This document shows, piece after piece, positions 13,022 to 23,737 of a stretch of 64,000 nt of DNA (positions within the stretch are counted from its first letter, which is position 1; each line of letters begins with the position of its first letter). A program made the position numbers and the translations under genes. The stretch comes from Octopus sinensis (taxonomy: Eukaryota): positions 79,856,001 to 79,920,000 of the forward strand of contig NC_042997.1 of the NCBI RefSeq assembly GCF_006345805.1, written 5' to 3'. Under the pieces are notes generated by a model. That model was not told the origin of the DNA and did not search any database. It saw only the letters and a list, made by a program, of their open reading frames with translations.

Positions 13022-14785
13022 TTAACACATAAAGCATGACAGGCCACGATTGTGGTCGTCAGGTACAGGTCACGATCATGGCCCAGATAGATGCATTTAA
13101 TTTATGGGTGTTTGTTGGGGTCTAATGTCACTCAAACACTCCGACACACCCCAAAATGCAAGAAAACTAATCAGAGCATATGTTTCAAACAATAATTTAG
13201 TCACTTCATTATTTTATCAATTGAAGAAAGCACCTGGTTGGTCAAAGGGAAAGTCTTAATGGAGAATCGATTTGAACATGATACCATCGGTTTGGTCATT
13301 TAAATTTCACTTCTAGGTCTTTAATCAACTGATAGTTGAGGTTTTATGAATGCGGTGAAATCTAAATATTAATTTTACATGAAATGATAAGTAATAACAT
13401 ATTTTTGGATGTTTTTTGTAATTCTGAATGTACAAACACACATGGTAATTTCCGAAGAGATTCGAATTTGCATGTTGTCATCATTAGCGTGCGTGTGGCA
13501 GTGGTTTGCGTGGGTAAATATACAGTGTGTTTTCAAGCGCATGCAGATTAAGCATCTGTCATGAGTTTATATTCTGTGATGTGCTTGCTTCTATGATCTC
13601 CAAAGCCCGATATCTTCAGCTTATTTTGCATTTGAGTGATACTATGGATCCTGACATTGACTCTGACAGTGATTATGGCAACAAAAGCGCTGTTTCAGAC
13701 GTGTATATGCCGTCAGAGATTGACATTTGGTGAATTCTGACATAGAAAATAGCGATGATGGAGGTGAATTACGTGAACACGACAATGAGAACAGTAGTAG
13801 CGATGAAGGTGAAGGGCAAGGTGTCGGTCCCTGGTTGGGGATTGTTAATCACGATGTTGACGAGGCTCCTGTCAACCATTGCTTCAGAGGACAAAACACA
13901 GTGCTAGCTGATGCTTCTCCGCAAACTCGCCCACTTGACTTCTTTCGACTTTTTAACAGTCGAATTTCTGGAGACTCTCACTGATTGACTTCACGAAAAA
14001 GACAACGGACAAGATGGTGGAGCAACACTAATTTCGAGGCCAGAGTGATGGGCTTTCGCCACGGAGCGGGTTCAGACAGTGGCCAAAGCTGTCCTCTCAG
14101 CTGACAATAACCTTGATCCTGACCTTTTTTGGACTATTTTTGAACATGGGTCTCATTCAGTAGTCAAACCTGAATGATTATTGGAACATCAAGGACTGGA
14201 GCCAGCGAACTCCAGCTTTCCCAGAGACAATGTCAAGGGACAAGTTCATGTTACTTTTGAAGCTCCTGCAGTTCTATGATGTGGATGATGACAATAATCC
14301 AGGGGACTCAGGGAGGAAGATGCGTCTTATACTTTCTCACTGAGCAAGAAAAAAATTGGTAATGAGAAGTGTGACATATACAACATAAAATATTTGTATA
14401 AAAAAAGTATGGAAGATATAAACTTAAACTTTTTAGAACATAATCCTCATACTATTTCTATTATCCCCTGAAGAAATGAAGAGAAATGATAATACCACCA
14501 CAAAGTTAACACAAGAAAAACACTCTCCACAGACATGGGAGTCAACAACAGTGCCCCTCTTTTGTTACAGTAGTCGGGTATCAAATTGCAACACATGACC
14601 TTGAATGTCTGTCAAGAGAAAGTTCAACTAATGACTTTTCCGATGATGTAAAACTTACCACCATTATATATTAAGAAGATATTTTAACTTTTTTTTTTAT
14701 GTGTGCATAGTAGTCTCATTTTCATAAAATGTGCTCAGCAGTCCGTGCTATGTAAGTGCAAATCAAAGCGCTTTATGGGTTTTAA
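13022..14785 (+). mobile_element. piggyBac element, internally deleted and decayed
   Basis: Ends are TTAA-cacataaagc...gctttatggg-(tt)TTAA with subterminal repeats acaggccacgat/acaggtcacgat. Coding remnants: acidic N-terminus (MDPDIDSDSD...), PLDFFRLF, FFGLFLNMGL, DYW, PETMSRDKF (DDE_Tnp_1_7-type). Confidence 0.8.
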
Positions 14786-15781
14786 ACATTTTGTGTAATA
14801 TATTTGTTAAACAATAAAAGTGCTATTTAGTTTGTTTATTTTATTATTGTCTTTAACGGCAAAATTGATAATTTTTGGTAGAAAGTGAATTCCTGTTAAA
14901 TGAAAAACTTGACGTGATAGAATATTTCTGATGGAATTTCTGAACCCAATACCATAAAATTAGGTAAGACTAATTGTAAAAAGCAAGACAATTAAAAATA
15001 TTTTCGAAAATGTTCCCCAGTATTATCAATAAAATAATAAAAGCAAGTGATCAGCCCTATTACTTACAGACAAACAAAACAATAAGCTGTAGAAAATTGA
15101 CATGATAGAAGAAAACTAACTGTAGTTTGGAAATCAGCATGTCAATTTTAGCCTAAATCAAGTGAAAAAGCAATAATGCTCAAAATTTTACCCCTGTGTA
15201 ATAGTTAATTGATTGAAAAGTAAACTGTGTGTTCCGATGTAGGAATTACATGTGCTCCAGGCGAGACTTTAGGTTTATACATCCGATTGCATTCTGTAAG
15301 ATTCATCTGTTTGTCCACCATTCTGTCTACAAACAAGCTTTTCTGCACCTATTGATCTATCCATTCATGTATGATAAGTATTTGCATGCTGTACTAAGTA
15401 TGATTTGCATTAATGTGACAGAAAGTAGCACAATCTTTATAAAAACTGCGTTACTTTCTGACTCATCCTCGTATTAGATAACTCACTAGAATGCAAGAGC
15501 ACAGCAATATAACATTGTAATACAATAAACTTTCATCATCCTCCATTCTTTGTCTTCGTGATCTGACTTGGCCTCATTATCAAATTCATTGGCACTGGAG
15601 CCGTTAATATGTTCTATAAATTACGATTCTAAGAAGTAGCAAATAGCAGTCATTACAAAATAAAGGTCGCCAAAAATTATTTGTTTTCCCTTCGCTGCAT
15701 CAAACATTTCCATACATTAATTTAAATTTAGTAAAATTATGACAAACTTACAGATTTGATCTGTGTTCATTGTTGGTTGTA

Positions 15782-16554
15782 GAATCTTTTCCTTTTGAAC
15801 GGCAGACAATTTCTAGTTAACTAAACACTTTAAAACTTCGTATACTGGTAGAATGTGTCAAAATAAAACATTTTTTTCTCTTGGCTTTCTTGAGAGAATT
15901 GTAATTTGTTTGTTTAACATAGTTTAATTTTTCGAATTTTAACCAATCCTATGCTCTCTTTTGAGCTAAAATCATTTGCTGCGTCTAAAACTGAGACAAC
16001 TACCCCTCAACCTAACCCTAACCCTAATTTTTTTTCTTAATTGTTAAATTAATTTAATTGTTACGCGTGTAAAAAAACCCGAAAGCAATGAAAAATGATT
16101 TAAACAATCAACAAACAAAATAATTCTATAATTTTATACACACGCTTTCCGTATACGTACGGAAAGCGTGTGTATAAAATTATAGAATTATTTTTTTGTT
16201 AATTGTTTAAATCATTTTTCATTGCTTTCGGGTTTTTTTACACGCGTAACAATTAAATTAATTTAACAATTAAGAAAAAAAAATTAGGGTTGGGGGAGGT
16301 TTAGGGTTAGTTACAGGATGTTGTCTCAGTTTTAGACGCAGCAAATGATTTTAGTTGAATGGAGGTAATCGATTGGTTAAAATTGCCGAAATGCTCGGAT
16401 TTTCAGACGAAATATCTTACAAAGTATAGAATTTTCTCAATAAAGCCAAGAAAAAATGATGTTTTATAAACACATTCTACCAGTATACGAAGTTTAAAAG
16501 TGTTTAGTTAACTAGAAATTGTGTTGACATCTGCCGTTCAAAAGGAAAAGATCC
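15782..16554. mobile_element. Second Merlin-like foldback MITE (related subfamily)
   Basis: Same TIR (gaatcttttccttttgaacggcag / ctgccgttcaaaaggaaaagatcc) and a palindromic centre near 16155 (cacgctttccgta..tacggaaagcgtg). It has CCCTAA/TTAGGG blocks; the TSD is not clean. Confidence 0.8.
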
Positions 16555-18567
16555 GTCGTATGTAAGATTAAATTCAGAAAAAATCCTCATGCCGATTGCG
16601 ACAGTAACTTTGAATATTTAAACATTAGGTACAGAGTATAACTGGAAATATTCAATAGCATCCTTAGAAAAATTCTTTGTTACAATTTTTCCTGCACTGG
16701 CTTTCAACCCATCTGTCAATTCTAATGCATTAATGCTCGCTGTATTCTGAAACGGAAGCTAGTTTCCGAGCACCTTGCATGGTTCAAACGTGGTTGAATT
16801 TAACAATATCATACATAGAGTATTTTCTTTTCGGTATGTGCGTAAGAGACTGAGTGTTTTAGTTTTAAGAGTTTGAAATTTCACTATACCTAGAATTCTG
16901 TTGCATTCCTTCCGAATCAGACGAATTTTCAGGAAAATGCAGGTTACACTGGGAAAAAATTTTTTTCAGAATAAGGCGAACGTTCCACAAGTAAGCGATT
17001 TGACTAGCTGAAAACAGCCAATAAAAAACAAAAGTCTTGTACTTTTTTTGTCGGAGTTACGCTCATGCAGCCGGTTAAGCTAACAGAAAATATTCTGCAT
17101 CAAAATCTAATATGACATGACCGAGAAATATTTTTTAAAAAAAGAGTGCATTAAAATCAAAGTTGTTTTAGCAACTGAACCAAAGTACAGTAATTGCTTG
17201 TATGCGAATCGTTCATATGTGTATGAGTGTGTATCTGTGTGTTTGTGTGTGTGTGTGAAAGAGAGAGAGAGAGAAATAGCTATACCATGCAATATACATC
17301 CTTGATTTATTAAATTATTTCCGTCACAATTACCAATGGCAATAATGACCCGCTCTATATGAGGAGGAGAAATAATCACTTGAATGATGACTGAAATTGA
17401 CATGCTATTAAGGAAAAGGACACTTATTGCCTGGAGATGACATTAAGAGTTTCTGCCTCAATAGGTCTCATAGGCACGACAATTGTCGAACCTTATCACC
17501 AGTTGCCAAGGGACTTAGGCATATACAAAAAGTGTATTGCACGTTATGCTCTACGTAATTAGCATATATATGTGATAAGGTTCGACAATTGTCGTGCCTA
17601 TGAGACCTATTGAGGCAGAAACTCTTAATGTCATCTCCAGGCAATAAGTGTCCTTTTCCTTAATAGCATGTCAATTTCAGTCATCATTCAAGTGATTATT
17701 TCTCCTCCTCATATAGAGCGGGTCATTATTGCCATTGGTAATTGTGACGGAAATAATTTAATAAATCAAGGATGTATATTGCATGGTATAGCTATTTCTC
17801 TCTCTCTCTCTTTCACACACACACACAAACACACAGATACACACTCATACACATATGAACGATTCGCATACAAGCAATTACTGTACTTTGGTTCAGTTGC
17901 TAAAACAACTTTGATTTTAATGCACTCTTTTTTTAAAAAATATTTCTCGGTCATGTCATATTAGATTTTGATGCAGAATATTTTCTGTTAGCTTAACCGG
18001 CTGCATGAGCGTAACTCCGACAAAAAAGTACAAGACTTTTGTTTTTTATTGGCTGTTTTCAGCTAGTCAAATCGCTTACTTGTGGAACGTTCGCCTTATT
18101 CTGAAAAAAATTTTTTCCCAGTGTAACCTGCATTTTCCTGAAAATTCGTCTGATTCGGAAGGAATGCAACAGAATTCTAGGTATAGTGAAATTTCAAACT
18201 CTTAAAACTAAAACACTCAGTCTCTTACGCACATACCGAAAAGAAAATACTCTATGTATGATATTGTTAAATTCAACCACGTTTGAACCATGCAAGGTGC
18301 TCGGAAACTAGCTTCCGTTTCAGAATACAGCGAGCATTAATGCATTAGAATTGACAGATGGGTTGAAAGCCAGTGCAGGAAAAATTGTAACAAAGAATTT
18401 TTCTAAGGATGCTATTGAATATTTCCAGTTATACTCTGTACCTAATGTTTAAATATTCAAAGTTACTGTCGCAATCGGCATGAGGATTTTTTCTGAATTT
18501 AATCTTACATACGACGGATCTTTTCCTTTTGAACGGCAGATGTCAACACAATTTCTAGTTAACTAAA
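16503..18567. repeat. Near-perfect ~1 kb inverted repeat (arms 16503-17499 and 17572-18567, 72-bp spacer)
   Basis: Mirror-identical ORFs 17107-17403(-) and 17668-17964(+). By eye the arms differ only by a 1-bp homopolymer indel (T7 at ~17043 vs A6 at ~18022). Confidence 0.95.
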
Positions 18568-18704
18568 ACTACCTCGAACACACAAGTGCAAACAAGGGAG
18601 TCAGAGAAAGGCAGAATACCACTTAAATCTGAACACTACTATAGAAATATTCTTTTAAAAAAACTTTTCTTCTAATTTTTCTAAATTTAATTATTTAATC
18701 GTTA

Positions 18705-18742
18705 CAGTTGAAAAGGTCTCAAAATGACCGAAACCGGTACTG
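18705..18742 (+). ncRNA. Minimal type I hammerhead ribozyme, U3-A8 core variant
   Basis: cag-TTGAAAA-ggtc(tcaaaat)gacc-GAAA-CCGG-TA-ctg: stem I cag/ctg, stem II ggtc/gacc, palindromic stem III ACCGGT, GUA cleavage triplet. Confidence 0.65.
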
Positions 18743-18791
18743 AAATGTTCACTATAAAATTATTTTAGCATTTTCTATTTTTTACTTGTTT

Positions 18792-18795
<4 letters not shown>

Positions 18796-18885
<90 letters not shown>
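18796..18885. repeat. (TA)n microsatellite
   Basis: Direct reading; it separates the HHR-bearing fragments. Confidence 0.95.
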
Positions 18886-18887
<2 letters not shown>

Positions 18888-18888
18888 C

Positions 18889-18939
18889 AGCTTCCTGATG
18901 ATTTCTTTTGAATGAAACAGTTCTAGTCCTGTAGAAGCT
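18889..18939 (+). ncRNA. Type I hammerhead ribozyme, canonical core
   Basis: agcttc-CTGATGA-t ttc(tttt)gaa t-GAAA-cag(ttctagtc)ctg-TA-gaagct: 6-bp stem I, short stem II with a U-U closing mismatch, closed stem III. Confidence 0.75.
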
Positions 18940-19035
18940 CCTTCTATAAAATAAATAAATAAATAAATATACATATATATATATATATACAGGAATAAAA
19001 AATGGAGTTAACGCAGGTTTAAACAAGTATTTTTT

Positions 19036-19120
19036 CTTTCTACATATGTTTCAAAAATTCCACTGATACTTATTCAAAAGAATAAAAGGTATAAACAATG
19101 CAATCTTCTCTTCGGGAAAG
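19036..19120 (-). ncRNA. Hammerhead ribozyme of the PLE (inverted copy)
   Basis: Reverse complement of 23738-23822. Confidence 0.7.
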
Positions 19121-20874
19121 GGAAAAAACGAAACTTGTCAATACGACATTTTAGCAAAAAATGATGGATTCGTATAGCGATAGACAGAACGCTATTAATA
19201 TTGTTTAAAAAAACGTTATATGATATAACGTCATAAGTAGCTAACAGAAAGAGTAGGGATATTAATAGTGAATGTTAAATATAAAGGAAATTAAAGTCTA
19301 AACTATATATAATGATAGAGACTACTTATATGCACTAAAAGTATGTTTTTGCCAATGCTTACATCTGTATGCTCGTTCTATAACCGTGTTTACTAGAGTA
19401 TTTTTAGAAAAAATAATGAAAAATAGCTCAGAATTGCAGAGAAGACAGAATTTCTTGCCTTTGTCATATGGTATCGAAATTGAGAGGATCAACCATTCCA
19501 AATGAAATTGTTCATTGTGGTCTTTTAAATTCCAAATCAGTTTGCTGAGACCGGTACTATTCCGTTTATTTCTATCCCTAAATGTTGAGTAATGGATAGA
19601 AATTCTCTTAGATAACTCTAACGATGTGCTTCCAATGTAAAATTGTACTTTATTACGAGTACTGATTATACACTGGTATATAGAATTTTTAATCTTAGAG
19701 TTACTTGACATAAATTTAATTCTATTGGGATTGACTTCAGATACAATAACCTTGTTATTAATATTTCTAGAGGGTTGGATGGTAGTAGCTAAATTAATGT
19801 TAGTATTAGTAAATGTATTAATATTTAACAGTTTTTTAAGCCATTCTACTGAAAAAATTAACTAAACTGTTCTTAACTTTTTGTACCTTTTGGTTAGAAA
19901 CATTTTGGAGGTAAAGTAAACAATCATCACGATATAGACCTCCATAAATGTTAGGGAACTCTTCAGCCATTTCAAAAAGAATATATATACAGACCAAATC
20001 AGCTATCTGTGCTGAATCAGAACTTCCCATAGGTATATCGAAACTATCTGGTGTGTCTTTACGGACCCACAACTTATCATCAAATTTAATAATAGATCTT
20101 CTGGCTGCCAACACAACATTAATTTCTTCTCGGGTGAGACCAGCTTTGTTATGAGCAAGCCAAAGTGCCTTATTAAGTACTATTGGATTAATAGACGAAT
20201 AAAAATTGGAAATATCAAACTGGATAAACTTCGTACTCACCTTACTGTTAATAGACCTAAACCAGTCAACTACGTCAAATGAATTAGTCCATAAACTAAG
20301 TTTTAATGTTTTGATTAGATTAGGAATATATTTATCTAGTATATTTTTACTAAGGATACCGATGTCAGAGCTAAGAGAATTATCTAAGAGAATTTCTATC
20401 CATTACTCAACATTTAGGGATAGAAATAAACGGAATAGTACCGGTCTCAGCAAACTGATTTGGAATTTAAAAGACCACAATGAACAATTTCATTTGGAAT
20501 GGTTGATTCTCTCAATTTCGATACCATATGACAAAGGCAAGAAATTCTGTCTTCTCTGCAATTCTGAGCTATTTTTCATTATTTTTTCTAAAAATACTCT
20601 AGTAAACACGGTTATAGAACGAGCATACAGATGTAAGCATTGGCAAAAACATACTTTTAGTGCATATAAGTAGTCTCTATCATTATATATAGTTTAGACT
20701 TTAATTTCCTTTATATTTAACATTCACTATTAATATCCCTACTCTTTCTGTTAGCTACTTATGACGTTATATCATATAACGTTTTTTTAAACAATATTAA
20801 TAGCGTTCTGTCTATTGCTATACGAATCCATCATTTTTTGCTAAAATGTCGTATTGACAAGTTTCGTTTTTTCC

Positions 20875-20959
20875 CTTTCCCGAAGAGAAGATTGCATTGT
20901 TTATACCTTTTATTCTTTTGAATAAGTATCAGTGGAATTTTTGAAACATATGTAGAAAG
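20875..20959 (+). ncRNA. Hammerhead ribozyme of the PLE (5' pseudo-LTR copy)
   Basis: Identical to 23738-23822; lies 250 nt upstream of the ORF ATG. Confidence 0.7.
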
Positions 20960-21134
20960 AAAAAATACTTGTTTAAACCTGCGTTAACTCCATTTTTTAT
21001 TCCTATTATTCAAATATTCAACGTAAACACGAAGTTTCAACCTTTATAAACAAGGAGTTACAACATCTTTACTTGTGAGATTTTTGCTGTCCTGGTAACT
21101 ATTCATTCATTTATCCGTGTTAAATGTTAACAAG

Positions 21135-21205
21135 GTAAAATACACTCATCTATTTATAATACTTTAATCAGGTTTATTAATAACCTGCTAACTGAATAGT
21201 TACAG
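21135..21205 (+). other. Candidate 71-nt spliceosomal intron in the PLE 5' leader
   Basis: AAG|GTAAAA donor, TGCTAAC branch site at 21186-21192, and TTACAG| acceptor 3 nt before ATG 21209. Confidence 0.5.
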
Positions 21206-21208
21206 CAT

Positions 21209-23536
21209 ATGGAGTTATTGAATATTAACGCATCTCTTAAGGACATTCCTATTCCACCTAAGAATGTTTTCCTTAAACAACTTGTCAATAAGATTAATTC
21301 ATTCATCAACCGAATAAGATGGCTTACCTTTTTCTTTGACAAAAATGACACTCAACAACACACTAATGATAAAACATCTGAGTTCAGCAAGTTATTTAAA
21401 TCTAAAAATAGTCCGCCGCCTAACCCAAGGTTGAAGCAATTTGAAGATGATCTCTGGTCCATTGTGAGAAATGTAAAATTTCAACGGTCACCACTAAGAA
21501 ATAAACATCTGAGGTATCTTCGCAACATCACCAAAGAAATCAATTCTATGGATACTATGTTGGTTCAATCTGATAAGACTGGAAATCTGTACAAACTTTA
21601 TAAAGACTATTATTTGGAATTACTTGAAAAAGAAATTCAGAAAAAGTATAAAATTGCTGATAAAAGAATACTTAAGAAAGCCAACATCGAGGCTATGAAA
21701 ATCATGGAGAAATATAACCTACAAATGAAGACAGAACCACTTGTTCCTAAACAACCTAGGTTTATTTTGAAGGATCACAAACCAAATTTTTTTACTAACC
21801 CATCATTAAGGCTTATCTGCCCTTCTAGCTCTGACATCGGTATCCTTAGTAAAAATATACTAGATAAATATATTCCTAATCTAATCAAAACATTAAAACT
21901 TAGTTTATGGACTAATTCATTTGACGTAGTTGACTGGTTTAGGTCTATTAACAGTAAGGTGAGTACGAAGTTTATCCAGTTTGATATTTCCAATTTTTAT
22001 TCGTCTATTAATCCAATAGTACTTAATAAGGCACTTTGGCTTGCTCATAACAAAGCTGGTCTCACCCGAGAAGAAATTAATGTTGTGTTGGCAGCCAGAA
22101 GATCTATTATTAAATTTGATGATAAGTTGTGGGTCCGTAAAGACACACCAGATAGTTTCGATATACCTATGGGAAGTTCTGATTCAGCACAGATAGCTGA
22201 TTTGGTCTGTATATATATTCTTTTTGAAATGGCTGAAGAGTTCCCTAACATTTATGGAGGTCTATATCGTGATGATTGTTTACTTTACCTCCAAAATGTT
22301 TCTAACCAAAAGGTACAAAAAGTTAAGAACAGTTTAGTTAATTTTTTCAGTAGAATGGGCTTAAAAATCGTTTTTGATGACGATCTGACGAAGGCCAACT
22401 TTTTAGATATTACGCTTAATTTACACAGTGATTCTTACTTCCCATATCATAAACCGTTGACCAATCTTAAGTACATTAGCAAATTTAGTAATCATCCTGG
22501 AGCAATTACTAAGAATTTAGTTAAGAATATTTCATTTAGATTATCTAAATTATCTGCTAATGTTGATATTTTCAATAATAACGCTGAATTCTATAACTCT
22601 GCCTTAATCAAAGCAGGTTATACAGAAAAAATTTTCTACATTGATTCTGCTCAGTCTAATTGTAAATTCAATAATGTAGATAAGATTTCTAGTCGTAAAA
22701 GAATTATTGATAACAAACATAACTTACGCACCGATACAAAGCGAATGAAGGCAGATAACCCTTATTTATTCCCCTATTACCGATCTAAAAGTAAATATAA
22801 CACCTTCAAAAGTAATTACGCTATGAATACTAGTAAAAATATTTGGTTAATAATTCCTTACGGGAGACAAATTAAATCTAATCTCCCACTGCTGTTTCGT
22901 CAAGCTATTGCTAGGAATTTTCCAAATAATTCTAGATATTACTCTATAATTAATTCACATAAAGTTAGGATAGGTTTTTCAAACACAAAAAATCTCTTGC
23001 AAATTATATCTTCTCATAATAACAAACTGTTAAATATTAATACATTTACTAATACTAACATTAATTTAGCTACTACCATCCAACCATCTAGAAATATTAA
23101 TAACAAGGTTATTGTATCTGAAGTCAATCCCAATAGAATTAAATTTATGTCAAGTAACTCTAAGATTAAAAATTCTATATACCAGTGTATAATCAGTACT
23201 CGTAATAAAGTACAATTTTACATTGGAAGCACATCGTTAGAGTTATCTAAGAGAATTTCTATCCATTACTCAACATTTAGGGATAGAAATAAACGGAATA
23301 GTACCGGTCTCAGCAAACTGATTTGGAATTTAAAAGACCACAATGAACAATTTCATTTGGAATGGTTGATCCTCTCAATTTCGATACCATATGACAAAGG
23401 CAAGAAATTCTGTCTTCTCTGCAATTCTGAGCTATTTTTCATTATTTTTTCTAAAAATACTCTAGTAAACACGGTTATAGAACGAGCATACAGATGTAAG
23501 CATTGGCAAAAACATACTTTTAGTGCATATAAGTAG
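21209..23536 (+). CDS. PLE polyprotein, 775 aa: reverse transcriptase + C-terminal GIY-YIG endonuclease (probably Hydra clade)
   Basis: Uninterrupted ORF with N-terminal SLKDIPIP...FINRIRW. RT motifs: FDISNFYSSI (A), MGSSDSAQIADL (B'), GLYRDDCL (C), NFLDITLNL (E), SNHP. EN: SIY...FYIGST...KRISIH...LSKLIWNLK...CLLCNSE...RCKH. Confidence 0.95.
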   Translation: MELLNINASLKDIPIPPKNVFLKQLVNKINSFINRIRWLTFFFDKNDTQQHTNDKTSEFSKLFKSKNSPPPNPRLKQFEDDLWSIVRNVKFQRSPLRNKHLRYLRNITKEINSMDTMLVQSDKTGNLYKLYKDYYLELLEKEIQKKYKIADKRILKKANIEAMKIMEKYNLQMKTEPLVPKQPRFILKDHKPNFFTNPSLRLICPSSSDIGILSKNILDKYIPNLIKTLKLSLWTNSFDVVDWFRSINSKVSTKFIQFDISNFYSSINPIVLNKALWLAHNKAGLTREEINVVLAARRSIIKFDDKLWVRKDTPDSFDIPMGSSDSAQIADLVCIYILFEMAEEFPNIYGGLYRDDCLLYLQNVSNQKVQKVKNSLVNFFSRMGLKIVFDDDLTKANFLDITLNLHSDSYFPYHKPLTNLKYISKFSNHPGAITKNLVKNISFRLSKLSANVDIFNNNAEFYNSALIKAGYTEKIFYIDSAQSNCKFNNVDKISSRKRIIDNKHNLRTDTKRMKADNPYLFPYYRSKSKYNTFKSNYAMNTSKNIWLIIPYGRQIKSNLPLLFRQAIARNFPNNSRYYSIINSHKVRIGFSNTKNLLQIISSHNNKLLNINTFTNTNINLATTIQPSRNINNKVIVSEVNPNRIKFMSSNSKIKNSIYQCIISTRNKVQFYIGSTSLELSKRISIHYSTFRDRNKRNSTGLSKLIWNLKDHNEQFHLEWLILSISIPYDKGKKFCLLCNSELFFIIFSKNTLVNTVIERAYRCKHWQKHTFSAYK

Positions 23537-23737
23537 TCTCTATCATTATATATAGTTTAGACTTTAATTTCCTTTATATTTAACATTCACTATTAATATC
23601 CCTACTCTTTCTGTTAGCTACTTATGACGTTATATCATATAACGTTTTTTTAAACAATATTAATAGCGTTCTGTCTATCGCTATACGAATCCATCATTTT
23701 TTGCTAAAATGTCGTATTGACAAGTTTCGTTTTTTCC

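Noticed and set aside
12305-16310. TTAGGG/CCCTAA blocks as a telomere fusion site
   Set aside because: There are only 2-4 units, each within MITE arms, so they are element-borne.
17107-17964. Duplicated 98-aa and 62-aa ORFs on opposite strands
   Set aside because: They result from the inverted repeat, span (GT)/(GA) microsatellites and have no recognisable domain.
19322-20673. Stand-alone RT (134 aa) and GIY-YIG (129/155 aa) ORFs as separate genes
   Set aside because: They are exact partial copies of the 775-aa ORF; the 155-aa one is an antisense/sense junction chimera.
21209-23536. Bacterial retron, group II intron or Abi RT, or a selenoprotein-type Naiad PLE
   Set aside because: The eukaryotic context, pseudo-LTRs and HHRs indicate a PLE. 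The EN is C-terminal and there are no in-frame TGA codons.
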